A DNA stretch of 64,000 nt, from assembly GCA_965112735.1 (NCBI GenBank), contig OZ218952.1, forward strand, positions 558,001 to 622,000. The letters run 5' to 3'. Both the position numbers and the translations under genes were made by a program. The notes beneath the pieces are model-generated. The model did no database searches, was not told where the DNA came from, and was given only the letters and a program-made list of their open reading frames with translations. Below are positions 1-13,141 of the stretch, piece by piece (position 1 is the first letter of the stretch; each line of letters begins with the position of its first letter). Origin of the DNA: Phaeosaccion multiseriatum (Eukaryota > Protista > Ochrophyta, other classes).

Positions 1-720
1 GAAGGAAGAGGAGGAGGAGGAGGAGGAGGAGGAGGAGGAGGAGGAGGAGGAGGAGGAGGAGGAGGAGGAGGAGGAGGAGGAGGAGGAGGAGGAGGAGGAG
101 GAGGAGGAGGAGGAGGAGGAGGAGGAGGAGGAGGAGGAGGAGGAGGAGGAGGAGGAGGAGGAGGAGGAGGAGGAGGAGGAGGAGGAGGAGGAGAAGAAGA
201 AGAAGAAGAAGAAGAAGAAGAAGAAGAAGAAGAAGAAGAAGAAGAAGAAGAAGAAGAAGAAGAAGAAGAAGAAGAAGAAGAAGAAGAAGAAGAAGAAGAA
301 GAAGAAGAAGAAGAAGAAGAAGAAGAAGAAGAAGAAGAAGAAGAAGAAGAAGAAGAAGAAGAAGAAGAAGAAGAAGAAGAAGAAGAAGAAGAAGAAGAAG
401 AAGAAGAAGAAGAAGAAGAAGAAGAAGAAGAAGAAGAAGAAGAAGAAGAAGAAGAAGAAGAAGAAGAAGAAGAAGAAGAAGAAGAAGAAGAAGAAGAAGA
501 AGAAGAAGGAGGAGGAGGAGGAGGAGGAGGAGGAGGAGGAGGAGGAGGAGGAGGAGGAGGAGGAGGAGGAGGAGGAGGAGGAGGAGGAGGAGGAGGAGGA
601 GGAGGAAGAGGAGGAGGAGGAGGAGGAGGAGGAGGAGGAGGAGGAGGAGGAGGAGGAGGAGGAGGAGGAGGAGGAGGAGGAGGAGGAGGAGGAGGAGGAG
701 GAGGAGGAGGAGGAGGAGGA
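1..720. repeat. Compound purine trinucleotide microsatellite (GGA)n-(GAA)n-(GGA)n, probably intronic in the OSCA-like gene
   Basis: Read directly: GGA to ~190, GAA ~193-507, GGA ~508-720. A (CCCT)n tract follows at ~870-1050. Confidence 0.97.
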
Positions 721-1058
721 GCAAGAGGGTTGTTAGTATGCATTGCATCGAGTGGCGAGGAAGGGAGGGGGTGGAAGGAGGAGAGGCGAGGGGAGGAAGC
801 TTTGTGCGTCTGAATGGGTGCCTTACATGGCCACTCTCTCACTCACTCACTCCCTCCCTCAGTCACTTACTCCCTCCCTCCCTCCCTCCCTCCCTCCCTC
901 CCTCCCTCCCTCCCTCCCTCCCTCCCTCCCTCCCTCCCTCCCTCCCTCCCTCCCTCCCTCCCTCCCTCCCTCCCTCCCTCCCTCCCTCCCTCCCTCCCTC
1001 CCTCCCTCCCTCCCTCCCTCCCTCCCTCCCTCCCTCCTTTCCTCCCTCCCTCACTCAC

Positions 1059-3319
1059 CTGACGCGGTAGCTCGCGATGGCATTGAGAGCTCCTTGCTCC
1101 ATCTCGAAGGTGATGTAAGCCGTAACGGGGGTCGCGTGGTGATCATCGTCCAGCTTAAGACGCTTCGCCTCAGCCATCTTGTCGATGATCTGGAGGCAGA
1201 TTTATAGAGGCGTATGGAGGCATACCGAGGCAAACGGGGCCATAAAGAAGGGGGGGAAGGAGGGAGGCGGGAGAGCGGGTGATGGGCAGGTACATGAACA
1301 TGCATATGGGCAGGCATATGGGCAGGCATATGGGCAGACAGACAAAGTAGGCATGTTCTGACCCCCATACGAGCTTACCTGGCGAGAGAGCTGGGTGCGT
1401 TTGTCTCGTATCTTTGTCTGTTCCACCGGAGAAGCGCGCACAGACAAACACACACACACACACACACGTACGCATACACAAGGATGAGGATTCCTCCAAG
1501 CACAGGCATGGACATGTCTTGTGGGACACCCGAGGGACGGCCAAGTACCCTCTCCCCCTCCCCCTCGCATCCACTGCCATCCTCACCTTCGCCTCCTCCG
1601 TATGCTTCGACTTGTTCACAGTATTGTAGAGACGCAGCTTGTCCATCAGCCTTGCCCTCTCCTTGTGAAGCTTTCCCGCCTTTCCGTAGTGGGCGATGGC
1701 TGCTCTGTTGTCTCGCCCGATAGACACCTCACTCACAGCGCACCCTGTAGGGCATATGGGAGGGATACGGGTAGTCAGGAGTCCAGGCAGAGCAGGTATA
1801 TGGGTGGTCATTCCATCAATTTCAGTTTAAGTTCTAGTCCAGGCAGCGCGTGCACGGGCAACCAACGCAAGCCAAGCCAAGGTAAGCTAAGGAAGCTTAG
1901 CTTAGCGGAGATGATGTTGGGTGAGGAGTGCGAAAGCGAGTGAAAGGCGAGACAGAGAGGGTGGGAGGGAGAAAGAGAGGAGGGGGAGAGAAAGAGAGAG
2001 AGGGGGAGAGAAAGAGAGAGAGAAAGAGAGAGAGAAAGAGAGAAGAGAGACAGGAGACAGAGAGAGAGGAAGGGAGTGGCGAGACTGTAAAGCGCGACCC
2101 TGACCCCTCACCTGTGAGGGCGGAGAAGTGTGCCGCAAGCTCCAGCTCTGAGATGCGCTCTTTCTTAGGCAGGCGTGGCACTGTGCGTAGGAAGTCAATT
2201 GATCAATGTCGGGGGATTGGAGGTTCAGTATACATGTCAGAGGTGAGGACACAAGCTTCGCAGCGGAAAGGAGAGTAGTGGAGGATAGTGTCAAAGCCTA
2301 CTGGACTCATCCCTCCCCTTCCCTCCTCCCCCCTTCCCTCCCCTCCCCTCCTCTTCTCTCCCCTCCTCCCCCCTTCCCTCCTCTCCCGTCCCCTCCCCTC
2401 CCCTCCCCTCCCCTTCCCTTCCCTCCCCTCCCCTCTCCTCCCCTCCCCTCCCCTCCCTTCCTCTCCCTCCGCTCCCCTCCGCTCCTCTCCTCTCCCCTCC
2501 CCTCCTCTCCCGTCCTCTCCCCTCCTCTCCCCTCCCCTCCCCTCCCCTCCCCTCCCCTCCCCTCCCCTCCCCTCCCCTCCCCTCCCCTCCCCTCCCCTCC
2601 CCTCCCCTCCCCTCCCCTCCCCTCCCCTCCCCTCCCCTCCCCTCCCCTCCCCTCCGCTCCCCTCCCCTCCTCTCCCTCCGCTCCCCTCCCCTCCCCTCCC
2701 CTCCCCTCCTCTCCCCTCCCCTCCTCTCCTCTCCCCTCCTCTCCCCTCCCCTCCTCTCCCCTCCTCTCCCCTCCCCTCCCCCTCCCCCCCAAACCCCTCC
2801 GGATACCCACACACTCTATACCCCCGCGAAGCGTGGATGGTGAAGTGATGACCGTCTTTCTTGACACCCGCCCCAAAACCCCATCCAGGACGAACCCTCA
2901 CACGCGCACACCCACACTCACCTTGGATCGTGTAGTCTGTCGCCATGACGGTCTTTCTCTTCACCTCCTTGTATTCCTCCTCAATGAAGCGCCAGACCCA
3001 AAAGTACGACGCAAATACCACCAACACGCTAATGGCAGTGGTCCAACCAAAGTACACCCCGACCCTTTCCTTGTCGAGCTCGCACGAGTCATACTCTGTC
3101 TCGTCGCAGAAGGGAAGGAGCACCGTCGTGGCGTTCTTGCCAAGGTTTCCGATTGTCGTGTACGCCAACTGATCTGTGAAGGAGTCGTAGAGCACAGCTG
3201 ACCCGGCCATGTTGATCCATAGCACGGGGAAGTACATGACTATGGGGGTAGTGGGTGTGGTTGTGTGGTTGTGGGGTATGCGGTGTGTGGAGGAGAGGGG
3301 GAGGGGGAGGAAAGGCGTC

Positions 3320-3368
<49 letters not shown>

Positions 3369-5490
3369 CCCACAAAGGAGGTTACTGCCTGTTGGCCTGT
3401 AACACCCCTCCCTAACTAACTTCTTCACCCCTCACTGTGGACCACTTTAACCCTAAGCTTCAAACAAGTACCCCGCGCACCCACGCCACGCCACGCCACG
3501 CCACCGTCAACCACACCTACCCGACAGGTACACGAATAACCAACCGCAGTACTTGAGCAGCTTAAAGTAAGCACTCACGCCGGCCCCGTAGGGACTGAGC
3601 TCTGATATCTTGCCCTCGTCCCACAGATCCAGCTGCTCTCCACAGCCCCCCAGCAGGCAGAAGCGACCAGTGGTTGTGCTCTTCATAGGGAAGCGGCCGC
3701 CGTCGGGGTGACGAAGGTGATGGTGGTCAACGTTCCGGAGGGCAAGCTTTACCCGAGGCTTCTCCCATGGAGTGTGCTCGCTCAGCGCTGAACGTTGAGC
3801 GGCTGTGGGGAAGGGCAGTGGAAAGTGCGCCGCGGAGGGTTGGGCGGGTGGGGTCAGGGGCGGATAAATTTGGAGGGTTAGTTATTGGGAGGGTTGTATC
3901 TCTCCCTCTATCTTTCTCTCTCTCGCGCTCTCTCTCGCTCTCTCCTCTTCTTCTTTCTGTCTATCTCTCTCTATCCCTCTGTCTTTCTCTCTCTCCATCT
4001 CTATCTCCATCTCTCCCTCCCCGTGTCTCTCTCTCTCCCTCTCCCTCTCCTTGTCTCCCTTCCTATCCTCCCCGCGCAGCTGTCTTCTCTCTCTTCCTCT
4101 CCCTCTCTTCCCTCTCTCTCCCTCGCCCTCTCTCTCTCTCTTTCTCTGTCGCCCTGTCCTTGATCATGGACTTACCAGACTTGATGCCTCTTGGTGAGAG
4201 CATGGGGTTATCTGCCAGGAAACCGTCCTCCTGGGCATGCCCGTCTAGGTGGGCCCACACCTCCCTCTTCTTCTTCTCTGCCTGCCTCATGAACCAGGCC
4301 GACTGCACACGAAGGGCGGCAGCAAGGCGGGCACTCTTCTCGTCGTCCGTCAGAGGGTCGGGCTTCTCATTGGCGACAGAACCGTCAGGAAAGCGCTTTT
4401 ACATTTGCAGAATGTAGAGTAGATTTAAGAGTGGAGGAGAGAGAGAGTCGAGTGGGGTGAAATAGAGCCAGAGGGGAGGGGGGGAAGAGAGAGAGAGGTG
4501 GAAGAGGCGTCGATGTGAGAGGGAGTTAGGCCCAAGTAGCTATTAATGTTGAGCACGTCCAAGGTGAGCGTTCAGGCGTTCACGGTCTTCCCTGTCTTCT
4601 CCTTGCCGGCATCACTGGACCTACTGCCACCACACGCATGCATCTTGGTTGTACCCTGTAAACTTACATCTTCCATGATGGCCACCCAATCGCCGTGCTT
4701 GAGAGTATCGCTCTCCCGCACCTCTATGTCCTGGGACACGAGGTACTCCTGAGTGAGGGTTATTGCAAGGGCCAAGGGTCAAGCACGAGGGCACGCAGAG
4801 CGGGGAACAGCAGCAGTAGCACGAAGAGGAGGAGGAGGAGGAGGAGGAGGAGGAGGAGGAGGAGGAGGAGGAGGAGGAGGAGGAGGAGGAGGAGGAGGAG
4901 GAGGAGGAGGGACGCCAGACAGATACAACAGCTTGGAAGCATGGCTAGAAGGAGACAGGGTCTAAATGGTAGCCTCCCTTTCCCGAATGTGATGAAAGAC
5001 GACAAAAGAAAAAGAAAGCAAAGGAAGGCCTGCTCAACGCAAATTCTCAGGGGAGGGAATGAGGCATTTGATACAGGTCTTGAACTGGAAAGCTGCGATG
5101 ATCCCGTAGCTTTCCACCCCGTACCTGCATCTGCTCAGTGCTCCATGTAGTGTAGGCGTGTGCGGTATTGACTGAATTAAATCCAGGTCCAATCGCAGCC
5201 ACCACAATGTCCTCATAGGACTGGATCGCGGATGTGATGGAGGCCCTCGCCGACACACTCGCTCTCCGAGCAGACGTACTCGCTCTCCGAGCCCCCTCCT
5301 CGAATATATCGGCCACACTACTCCGTCTACCCCCACGCCTTTCCTCTGCCCCTGTTGGTTCTTCTTCTGCTGCCGCTGTTTCTTCACCGCCTCCAGAGCT
5401 GCGTCTCTTGACGAAGCTCAGGAAACTACTTCGTCGTGGAGGGGGCTCCTCCACGCCGCTTTGGGGCGGTATGATCTCCCGGCTCATCAT
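1059..5490 (-). CDS. OSCA/TMEM63/CSC1-like mechanosensitive or stress-gated cation channel, 5' part (3' end lies beyond the left edge)
   Basis: Phase-consistent GT-AG exons: 5490-5125, 4748-4668, 4395-4176, 3802-3521, 3239-2922, 2180-2112, 1744-1587, 1417-1379 (39-nt micro-exon), 1189-1059. Motifs: [21 protein letters not shown] segments, [39 protein letters not shown] (cytosolic RRM-like AFVTF motif). Confidence 0.72.
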
Positions 5491-5723
5491 TTTCCAGGTT
5501 TTCTCCCTAAAAAGGGAAGGCGACGTTACACTTTCACTGACATATTTTATTTTATTTTATCACATATTTTTCTCGCCATCCCGTTCTCTGAGACTGCAGC
5601 AGGGTGCTGTGAGCAGGCGCGTGAGTGTGTGAGTGCGTGAGTGCCTGAGTGCGTGAGTGTGTGTGCGTGCTGCGTGTGGGCGGAAGGCCTTTGCAGCCAG
5701 GAGTGAGTGAGTGAGGGAGTTCA

Positions 5724-5816
<93 letters not shown>

Positions 5817-6582
5817 CCCTCCCCTCCCTCCTGTATGGGTCAGCACTTGAAGCACTTCGACATTGGGAATCGAGGAGGACTGAGTATTTTGGGTTGAGGA
5901 CGCAGGAGTGGTGTGGGAAAAAGTGGCAGGGGGAGCAGAGTGGCAGGGGGAGAAGAGAGAGAGCAGCAGTAGAGGTCAAGGCCGGAGCGAGGTGACAGCA
6001 CAGCCAGGGATGGACGAGACAGCCAGGGCCAGTTCGGGTACAGCACAGCCACATGTACTTCTTTGGGGAGACTCGGAGTCTCCTGTCTTATTTGGGGAGA
6101 CTTGGAGCGAGCAGGAGGCTACTTGTACTGAGGAGCGTGCTGAGAAGGGTCGTCACTGCCTTCCTCCGACATCATCCTCTTCGTCTATCCTCTCATCCCT
6201 CTCCCCTCATTGACATAAGCCGCGCGTGGGTTGTTCGGAGCTGCTGTCGGCTGAGTTTGGCAAGGATTTCGTAGCTTCTTCCCTACCTCTTTCCCTACTG
6301 AAAGTGGTGGTCCCTTTGATTGAGGAGCGTGCTCAGTGCTCAGCCAAAAGGGACGTGTATAACGTTTTCCTCCCCCCCACACCCACTCTCCCCCCTTCTT
6401 TTTTTTTTTCATCGGCTCCACTTTTATTTTTAGTTTTTTCAACCGTTCATCATCTTGATCTGAGACGCTCACCCGTTCTCCCCTTATTTTCAGCTGCTGC
6501 TTATTTATCATCCTCCTTTCCTCTCTCCCATACACATCCTTTATTTCGCGCATCATCTCCATACTCTCTCCTCTGCAGCCCT

Positions 6583-9444
6583 ATGCGATTGCTTCGGAGG
6601 CTAGGCAGTGGAGGACGCCGCAGCAGTAGCAGTACCGCGCTACCCCTCCATGATACTAGAGGAGAAGCCGCAGCAGCGCCCCCGCCACCCCCGATAGGTT
6701 GGACTAACAACTTCGAGGAGTCCGCAGGGAGGAAGATTGTTGACGATGATGATGACGACGATGAGGAAAGCAGAGATGAAGCATCAAAGCGTGATTCGAA
6801 AGGGAGGAGGCCTACTACAGTATCGCCAGGCGACGGGGGAGGGGGTGATGGAGGAGAACTAGCACCACCTGCTGAGGTTCAGAACTTCACCACGCGGGAA
6901 GGTGTGGATGCGGGAGAAGAAGAGAAGAGAAAGAAGAAGACGTGGTTTCTTCCAGAGAAGGCATGGAGACCCCTCCGTACCTTTTTGGTGCTGTGTGTGG
7001 GGCTCGTAGCTACCCACTTTGTTGCGATGGAGTATGCCAAATCTCTGGACAGAGAGGAGATGACCGCCTACAGAGCCGACGTTGCGTACCTTCAGACCAC
7101 AGTCTTCAACCGACTCACGTCTTCAGACAGCGAGAGCGAAATCATCCGCGCGGCTCTGCAGACGTGGGGTGGTGGCGGCAACCTTACTCTGGGCCAATAC
7201 TCTGACTTGACCGCCCCGGGCACTTCGGAAGGAAAGGGTATTGTCTACACGAGCCGAGTGCCTGCGGCAGCTCGCTCTGAGTTCGAGACGGCCGCGTCGG
7301 TTTTGTACGGGCAGGACATTTTCGTGAAGCAGGGGCCTCCGGCAGGCCTCGTGGCTCGGGCAAACATCACAGAGGGAGAGGACTACTGGCCAATGACGTA
7401 CGTAGAGCCGCGCAACGACAGGGTAATGGGCTTTGATGTCTTTTCCGAGAGCAACCGACGGGCGGCAATTGAACGCGTTCTTTCCACGGGGCAAGTTGCG
7501 TACACGCTACCTGTCGCTGCTGCCGATACAGGAGAAACGGGATTCAGTAAGATACTGCCCGTCAGAGGAGGCCCATCGCTGCTTAGCAGCTCATCATCAG
7601 CAGCAGATGGGTCCGGGGGGGGGGGAGGCGATGACATTACGGGGATTCTCGTCGTTTTCATCAGGGTAGAGCGTGCTCTAGAGCAATCCTCGTTACGAAA
7701 GTTCGAGACGTCGTACCCTGGCACACAAACAGACATTGGCTTTCTCGCGAGCGATGAGTCGAGGGCGAGCCTCCACGGGGTGCCATTTTCGGATGCCTCG
7801 GGTGTGGTGTCGTCCAAGACGTTTTCCCGCTCCGAACCTACTTCGGACTCCGAAGCGTCGTTCTATGTGGAAACGGCCACTGCCCCGCGGCGCCTCGAGA
7901 AGCGAGGCCTTCGGGCGGAGTACTACGCTGTAATGGCGGGGGGCTGTTTGCTGCTTGTGCTGCTTTTCTATTGGGAGCGTCGCAATTTCTTGCTCCAGGC
8001 CGCCAGATCAGAAGCAGCGGCCGCAAGAGAGGCTTCTTTGGCCAAGTCGCGCTTCCTCCGCTCCATTACGCACGAGATTCGCACGCCCATGAATGGTATC
8101 GTGGGAATGGCCCAACTGCTCGAAAGCGTCGAGCTTCCCGACGCGGTGCTGCCGTACGTCAACGTGATACACTCGTGCTCTTCCACCTTGCTCAGCTTGG
8201 TGAACAACATTCTCGACATGAGCAAGATCGAGGCAGGCAAGATGGAGATTAGCAAGAGGTCGTTTCGCCTCGACACGCTCGCGGTGGAGATGGTGGAGAG
8301 TGCTTGGACCGTCCTCCATACAAGTAACACCTCGTCGCTCTCCAGCATGAGCCTCACCATCGGGAGCAGTGTGCCACGGGGTCGCGTGGTTGGCGACGAC
8401 GTGCGGATCCGACAGCTGTTCAACAACTTCATGAGTAACGCAACGAAGTTCACAAGGCACGGCTCCATCGATCTTTTTCTGGATGCCACGCAGACGAGCG
8501 GCGAGTCAGAGGAGGTGCTGATTAACCTCACTGTGCGCGACACGGGCATCGGGATGGCACCCGACGCGGTCGAGCGCCTGTTCAAACCCTTCGTCCAGGT
8601 GCACGACAGCGCGACTACCAACGTGCAGGGCACTGGCCTGGGGCTGGCCATCTCCGTCGCCCTTGCTCGGGCCATGGGGGGAGACGTGACCTGCTCGTCG
8701 GTGTTGGGCAAGGGGTCGAAGTTTCACTGCACCTTCAACGTGGAAGGCAAGCTTCGCAAGGCTACCACGGTGGCCCATCGGCGAGTGTACACGAGAGATG
8801 ACGGTGTACGAGTGGAAGGAGAGGCACTCATCCCAGCCAGCACGGAGGACACATTTGATGGGTCGGGGACGAGCGCGACTCCGAGGGAAGTAGAAGGAGG
8901 AGCAGTTGCTGCTCACAGGGGACTCATGGGGGAAGCTCCTCGTCCTCCCAGCGTGCTAGTGGTGGACGATAACAAGATCAATCGCATGGTGCTGAGTAAG
9001 CTGCTGGGCTCGCTCGGTGTGCTCGTGGAGAGTGCAGACACCGGCGTTACAGCGGTGGAGTCTTGCGGCCAGCAGCGCTTCTCTTTGATCCTGCTGGACA
9101 TGGTCATGCCGGTGATGGACGGCGTCGACGCCGCTCGCGAGCTGAGAGCTGGCGACGGCCCTTGCAAAGACACGCCCATCATCTTCCTCACTGCGGATTG
9201 CTCGACGGAGGCCATGCGAGAGTGTAGGGAGGCGGGCGGGAACGAATTCTCCACCAAGCCTGTGCGGCGAGAGACCCTCGTCGCGAAGATGGCGGACCTT
9301 TTGCAAGCGCCCGAGCGCAGCTGGCTTTTGGACAAGGAGAGAGAGTTCTGCGAGTCGAGGAAGCAGGCCACCCACCTGCAAGGCATGGCGCGGGTACGGG
9401 CAGAGGAGAGCAGCACGCGCAGCCGAGAAGACGAAGGCGACTGA
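6583..9444 (+). CDS. Membrane hybrid histidine kinase, TM-CHASE-TM-HisKA-HATPase_c-REC, single coding exon
   Basis: CHASE: YWPMTYVEP..VMGFDVFSESNRRAAIERVLSTG. H-box AKSRFLRSITHEIRTPMNGIVGM. N box RIRQLFNNFMSNATKFT. G1 DTGIGM, F box LFKPFVQ, G2 GTGLGLAIS. REC: VLVVDDNKIN..LILLDMVMPVMDG..FLTA..KP. ATG at 6583 follows a ctgcag acceptor, suggesting a 5'UTR intron. Confidence 0.95.
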   Translation: MRLLRRLGSGGRRSSSSTALPLHDTRGEAAAAPPPPPIGWTNNFEESAGRKIVDDDDDDDEESRDEASKRDSKGRRPTTVSPGDGGGGDGGELAPPAEVQNFTTREGVDAGEEEKRKKKTWFLPEKAWRPLRTFLVLCVGLVATHFVAMEYAKSLDREEMTAYRADVAYLQTTVFNRLTSSDSESEIIRAALQTWGGGGNLTLGQYSDLTAPGTSEGKGIVYTSRVPAAARSEFETAASVLYGQDIFVKQGPPAGLVARANITEGEDYWPMTYVEPRNDRVMGFDVFSESNRRAAIERVLSTGQVAYTLPVAAADTGETGFSKILPVRGGPSLLSSSSSAADGSGGGGGDDITGILVVFIRVERALEQSSLRKFETSYPGTQTDIGFLASDESRASLHGVPFSDASGVVSSKTFSRSEPTSDSEASFYVETATAPRRLEKRGLRAEYYAVMAGGCLLLVLLFYWERRNFLLQAARSEAAAAREASLAKSRFLRSITHEIRTPMNGIVGMAQLLESVELPDAVLPYVNVIHSCSSTLLSLVNNILDMSKIEAGKMEISKRSFRLDTLAVEMVESAWTVLHTSNTSSLSSMSLTIGSSVPRGRVVGDDVRIRQLFNNFMSNATKFTRHGSIDLFLDATQTSGESEEVLINLTVRDTGIGMAPDAVERLFKPFVQVHDSATTNVQGTGLGLAISVALARAMGGDVTCSSVLGKGSKFHCTFNVEGKLRKATTVAHRRVYTRDDGVRVEGEALIPASTEDTFDGSGTSATPREVEGGAVAAHRGLMGEAPRPPSVLVVDDNKINRMVLSKLLGSLGVLVESADTGVTAVESCGQQRFSLILLDMVMPVMDGVDAARELRAGDGPCKDTPIIFLTADCSTEAMRECREAGGNEFSTKPVRRETLVAKMADLLQAPERSWLLDKEREFCESRKQATHLQGMARVRAEESSTRSREDEGD

Positions 9445-10146
9445 GGGCGGAGGGCGGAGGGCTGAGAGGACTGTCCATCTGAGGAGGAGACGAGGGAGAC
9501 GACTCCACGACGATAGAAACTGTAAGCATTAGTACGGACGTAGAGGTTACATATTTACCTTCTCATAGGAGGTCGAGTTTTGAGGCGAAGCACTGTAAAT
9601 AATTTTTAATGTACAATAGCCACATTTAAATTACAATTGGGGAAATATCAAATTATCTGTGAGGAAGGGTGGGCGGGTGAGTGAAGTGAGTGAGTCAGTG
9701 AGTGAGTGAGGGAGGGAGGGAGGAAGTGAGTGAGTGAGTGAATGAGTGGTGACTGAGTGCGTGAGTGAGTGAGTGAGTGAGGAAGGGACGGAGGGAGGGA
9801 AGGAGGGAGGAGGGAGGGAGAAAGAAGGAGAGAATGTTACTTTTAGGCGGGATGGCACTCAACGGAGTTTTTTTTTTTCTCTTTTTCTCAGCTGCTTTTT
9901 CTGCTTTTTTCTCCTCCTCTCCTCCCCTCCCCTCTCCTAATTCTTCTTCTTCCTCTTCTTCTCTCTCCTTTCCACTCGTAATTAAATGTGCCATCATACT
10001 CGCGTCTACCCTTATGCTCTAGCTCCCCCCCCCCCCTCTTGCTCAGCACTTGTTGAGAGAAGAGGCATCTTTTTCTCCAACGTTGCGGTTGATGCAAGCG
10101 AGCCTCCTCCCCGGCAGCTCCTCTCTTGTCGCCCCAAGCAGGAGGG

Positions 10147-12393
10147 ATGCTTATCGAGGTAGAGGAGGGGAGTACGTGTTTAGGCTATGGAAACGAGCAG
10201 CGGTACAAGAAGCGCGATGACGATGAACAGCCGGCAAAGAACCTGATAATGGGTAAACAGCTTCCGATGCCTTCTCACCATCAGCAGCAGCAGCCGATGC
10301 AGGATCGCTCATCTTCAGCAGCTGCACGGTCAAGAGGAGTAAAAGCCGCTGCTGCTGTGAGCACCTCAGCTGCGATTCCGAGACGGAGCCAACGCCACCT
10401 CTGGTCAGAGGGAGGGGGAGGGGACAGGGGGGGTGTCGCGTTGGAGTACCTTCCTTCCTGGCCTAAGGTCCAGCTGAAAGATATTGAGAGCGGTCACTTG
10501 CCTTGCACGAATGGAATTTCACTGCTTGCGCTCGTGTCATCGGTAAGCCCCATCCTGTTTGGCAAGTTGAAGTCACCAGGGAGTCGTTTCTTCATGGTGG
10601 AGGTGGTGGGTCTACCGGAGGAGGAGGAAGAGGCGGACGTATCAGCATCATCAGCAGTGGCAGGACACTCTGCTTATCTGCTGCTAACTGGGGAAAGTAT
10701 CTTGAAGTGGCACCCTTTCATCAAAGTTGGTCGATGCTACAGCTTTGCCCCCTTAGGTAGGTGAGTGTGCCTCCTCTCGCTGCTTCACCTCGAGGAGCAG
10801 CAGGAAGGGGCGCAAGAGGGCAGAGCTATGAGGCAGCACAATTCGGCTGCGTGGATCGTACTACTGTGCTCTGCTGCTGCTGCTGCTGCTGCTTGGTTCT
10901 CACCGCAGTCACCCCCACTGCTTTCTCCTGACGCCGCCCCGCCCCCCCTCCTCACTCAACAACCGCAGTCAAGTTCGAAAAGACCGAGAAGCACCGGTGC
11001 AGATGGGTGTTGTTGGGTGTCCACCCCCAATTTTCCGACCGAGCGCTACTCAGCGAAATCACGCCAGCGATTTCATCCCTCTCCCCCCAAGACCGTGAGG
11101 TGAGTGCCCACCACAAGCAAGAAACAGCAGCAGTTGGTGATACGGCAGCAGTGTTTGATGGCCATGGATCTCCAAGGACAATGCCTTCGTCGCGCAACTC
11201 TTGGTCGGGCCCATCTCAGCTTTTGTGTTGCCTCGCCATCTCACCCAGTGCATCAAACACACACACACACACACACACACGTCTGTCCTCTTCACGCCAT
11301 AGGACTCCTCCTCCACGTCAGCGGCTGACAAGGGTGGCGAGGCTCCGGGAGGGGAGGAGAAGGAGATGGGTATGATTCCTAGCTTTGCTTGGGTGGACCG
11401 GACCCACTTCAGAAGCGACGACAGTGATGGTGCAGACGCTGCAGAGAAGGCGGGGATGGAGACGAAGAAGGAGATAAGCGTATCTCGTTACGTCGTTGCG
11501 TCGAGTCTGCCTCCGTCTCCAGCAGAATACCTCCTTGCACCTCGAGGAGTTATAGCAGCAGCAGAAGAGGGAGGGGGAGGAGGAGGAGGAGGAGGAGGAG
11601 GAGGAGGAGGAGGGAGCGGCATGGTGCACTACCGAGGTACCATCACTGGCTTCAAGAGCATGCGAGGAGTGGTGGAGCTGGATGGGGAGGAGAGGGGCAA
11701 GAAGGGCCGAAGCGGAGGCGAAGGAGCCATCAGAAGTGGTAGCAGCAGCAGCAGCAGCAGCAGCAGGAAGGCCCCTCTCAAGCTCTTTTTGCAGAACCAC
11801 CCCGGGTACAGCGACCTCTTCGACAAACGTACGTGTAACGCCTTTGGGGAGAGGGAAACAGGGGCGCGACGGGGGCGGTAGCAGTAACAGTACCACCACC
11901 ACCACCACTACCACCACCACCACCACCACCACAGCCGCAGCAGGAGAGAGTGCCACCCGTTTGGGCCTATTTGCTGGGGCAGGCGCTGGGTCTGAATTCT
12001 CTCCCGCCAAATCCACTCCCTTTTGTGTCACTTATATGCATCCATCATCGCTTCTATTGAAGTGATAACACAAAGCGCAACCCGTGCTGCCGCTATCACA
12101 TTCCCTCTCTGACTCGCTCTTGCCCTCTCATCTTCTGTCTCACTCACTCGCTCTCTTTCTCTCTCCCTCTCTCCCCCTGTCTTCCTTTTCTAATGTTCGG
12201 AATCGGCTTCGATCGGGCTCTTTTTCCATTACTATTCCCGTGCCTGTTCCGATTCCTTTTCCCCCTGACCAAACGCAGTCCAGTGCGGGGCGCTGCTGCA
12301 GCTGACCAACGTTCATCCCATTCATATGTGGGGGCGCCTCGAGGGCTTCGGAGCCTGCTCTTACAGCCAAGTCGAGGTACGAGGGAGGGTAGC

Positions 12394-12427
<34 letters not shown>

Positions 12428-13091
12428 GATGAGAGAGAATGAGAAGACTTCCCATCATCCCCTCCCCCCCCCTCCTCGCCCCCCCCCACAGCCAACTTCA
12501 GAAGGCCCGTTGGCTCATCAACGGAGCTTGTGCTCTTATCTCACCTTTGCCTCTCTGTCTGTCTCTCTTTTGTCTGTTGTCTCTCTCGCTGTCCCTCTCT
12601 CCCTCTCCCCCTTTCTCTTCCTCTAATTCCCTCTCCCTTTCTTTCTCTCTCTCCCTCTCTCCCTCTCTCCCTTTCTCTTCCTCTAACTCCCTCTCCCTTT
12701 CTTTTTCTCTCTCCCTCTCTGTCTCTCTCCCTTTCTCTCTTTCTCCACCTCTCTTCCTGTCCAGGTGCTGTCGTCAACAGCCGCCCCCTCTCCCTCTCGT
12801 CGCTCCTCGTCGAAAGAGGTCGTGAGGCAATCATTGACTTGGGTGGAGCACTGTTGGAGGTGCGTCCCTCTCTGGAATATGTGTGTGTGTGAGAGGCAGA
12901 GCAAGTGTGTGTGTGGAAGAGAGGAGCGCGCGCCTGAGGGAAAGTGTGCGTGTGCGAGTATGTGTGAGAGAGCCCCGATCACCCGTAGATACAAGCGATT
13001 GACCCTTCCCCCTCCCCCCCCCCCCACTCCTCCGGTGCGATGCTTCCTACCTACTTAAACCTTCTTCCCCACCCGCACACACACATACACA

Positions 13092-13141
<50 letters not shown>

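Noticed and set aside
738-3201. Long Pro/Ser- or Gly/Arg/Glu-rich ORFs (extensin- or collagen-like appearance)
   Set aside because: They are translations of intronic (CCCT)n and (CCCCT)n microsatellites within the OSCA-like gene.
6226-6582. N-terminal 119 aa of the 1072-aa ORF
   Set aside because: It starts at a non-ATG codon and is pyrimidine-rich, ending in a ctgcag acceptor, so it is probably intron or UTR.
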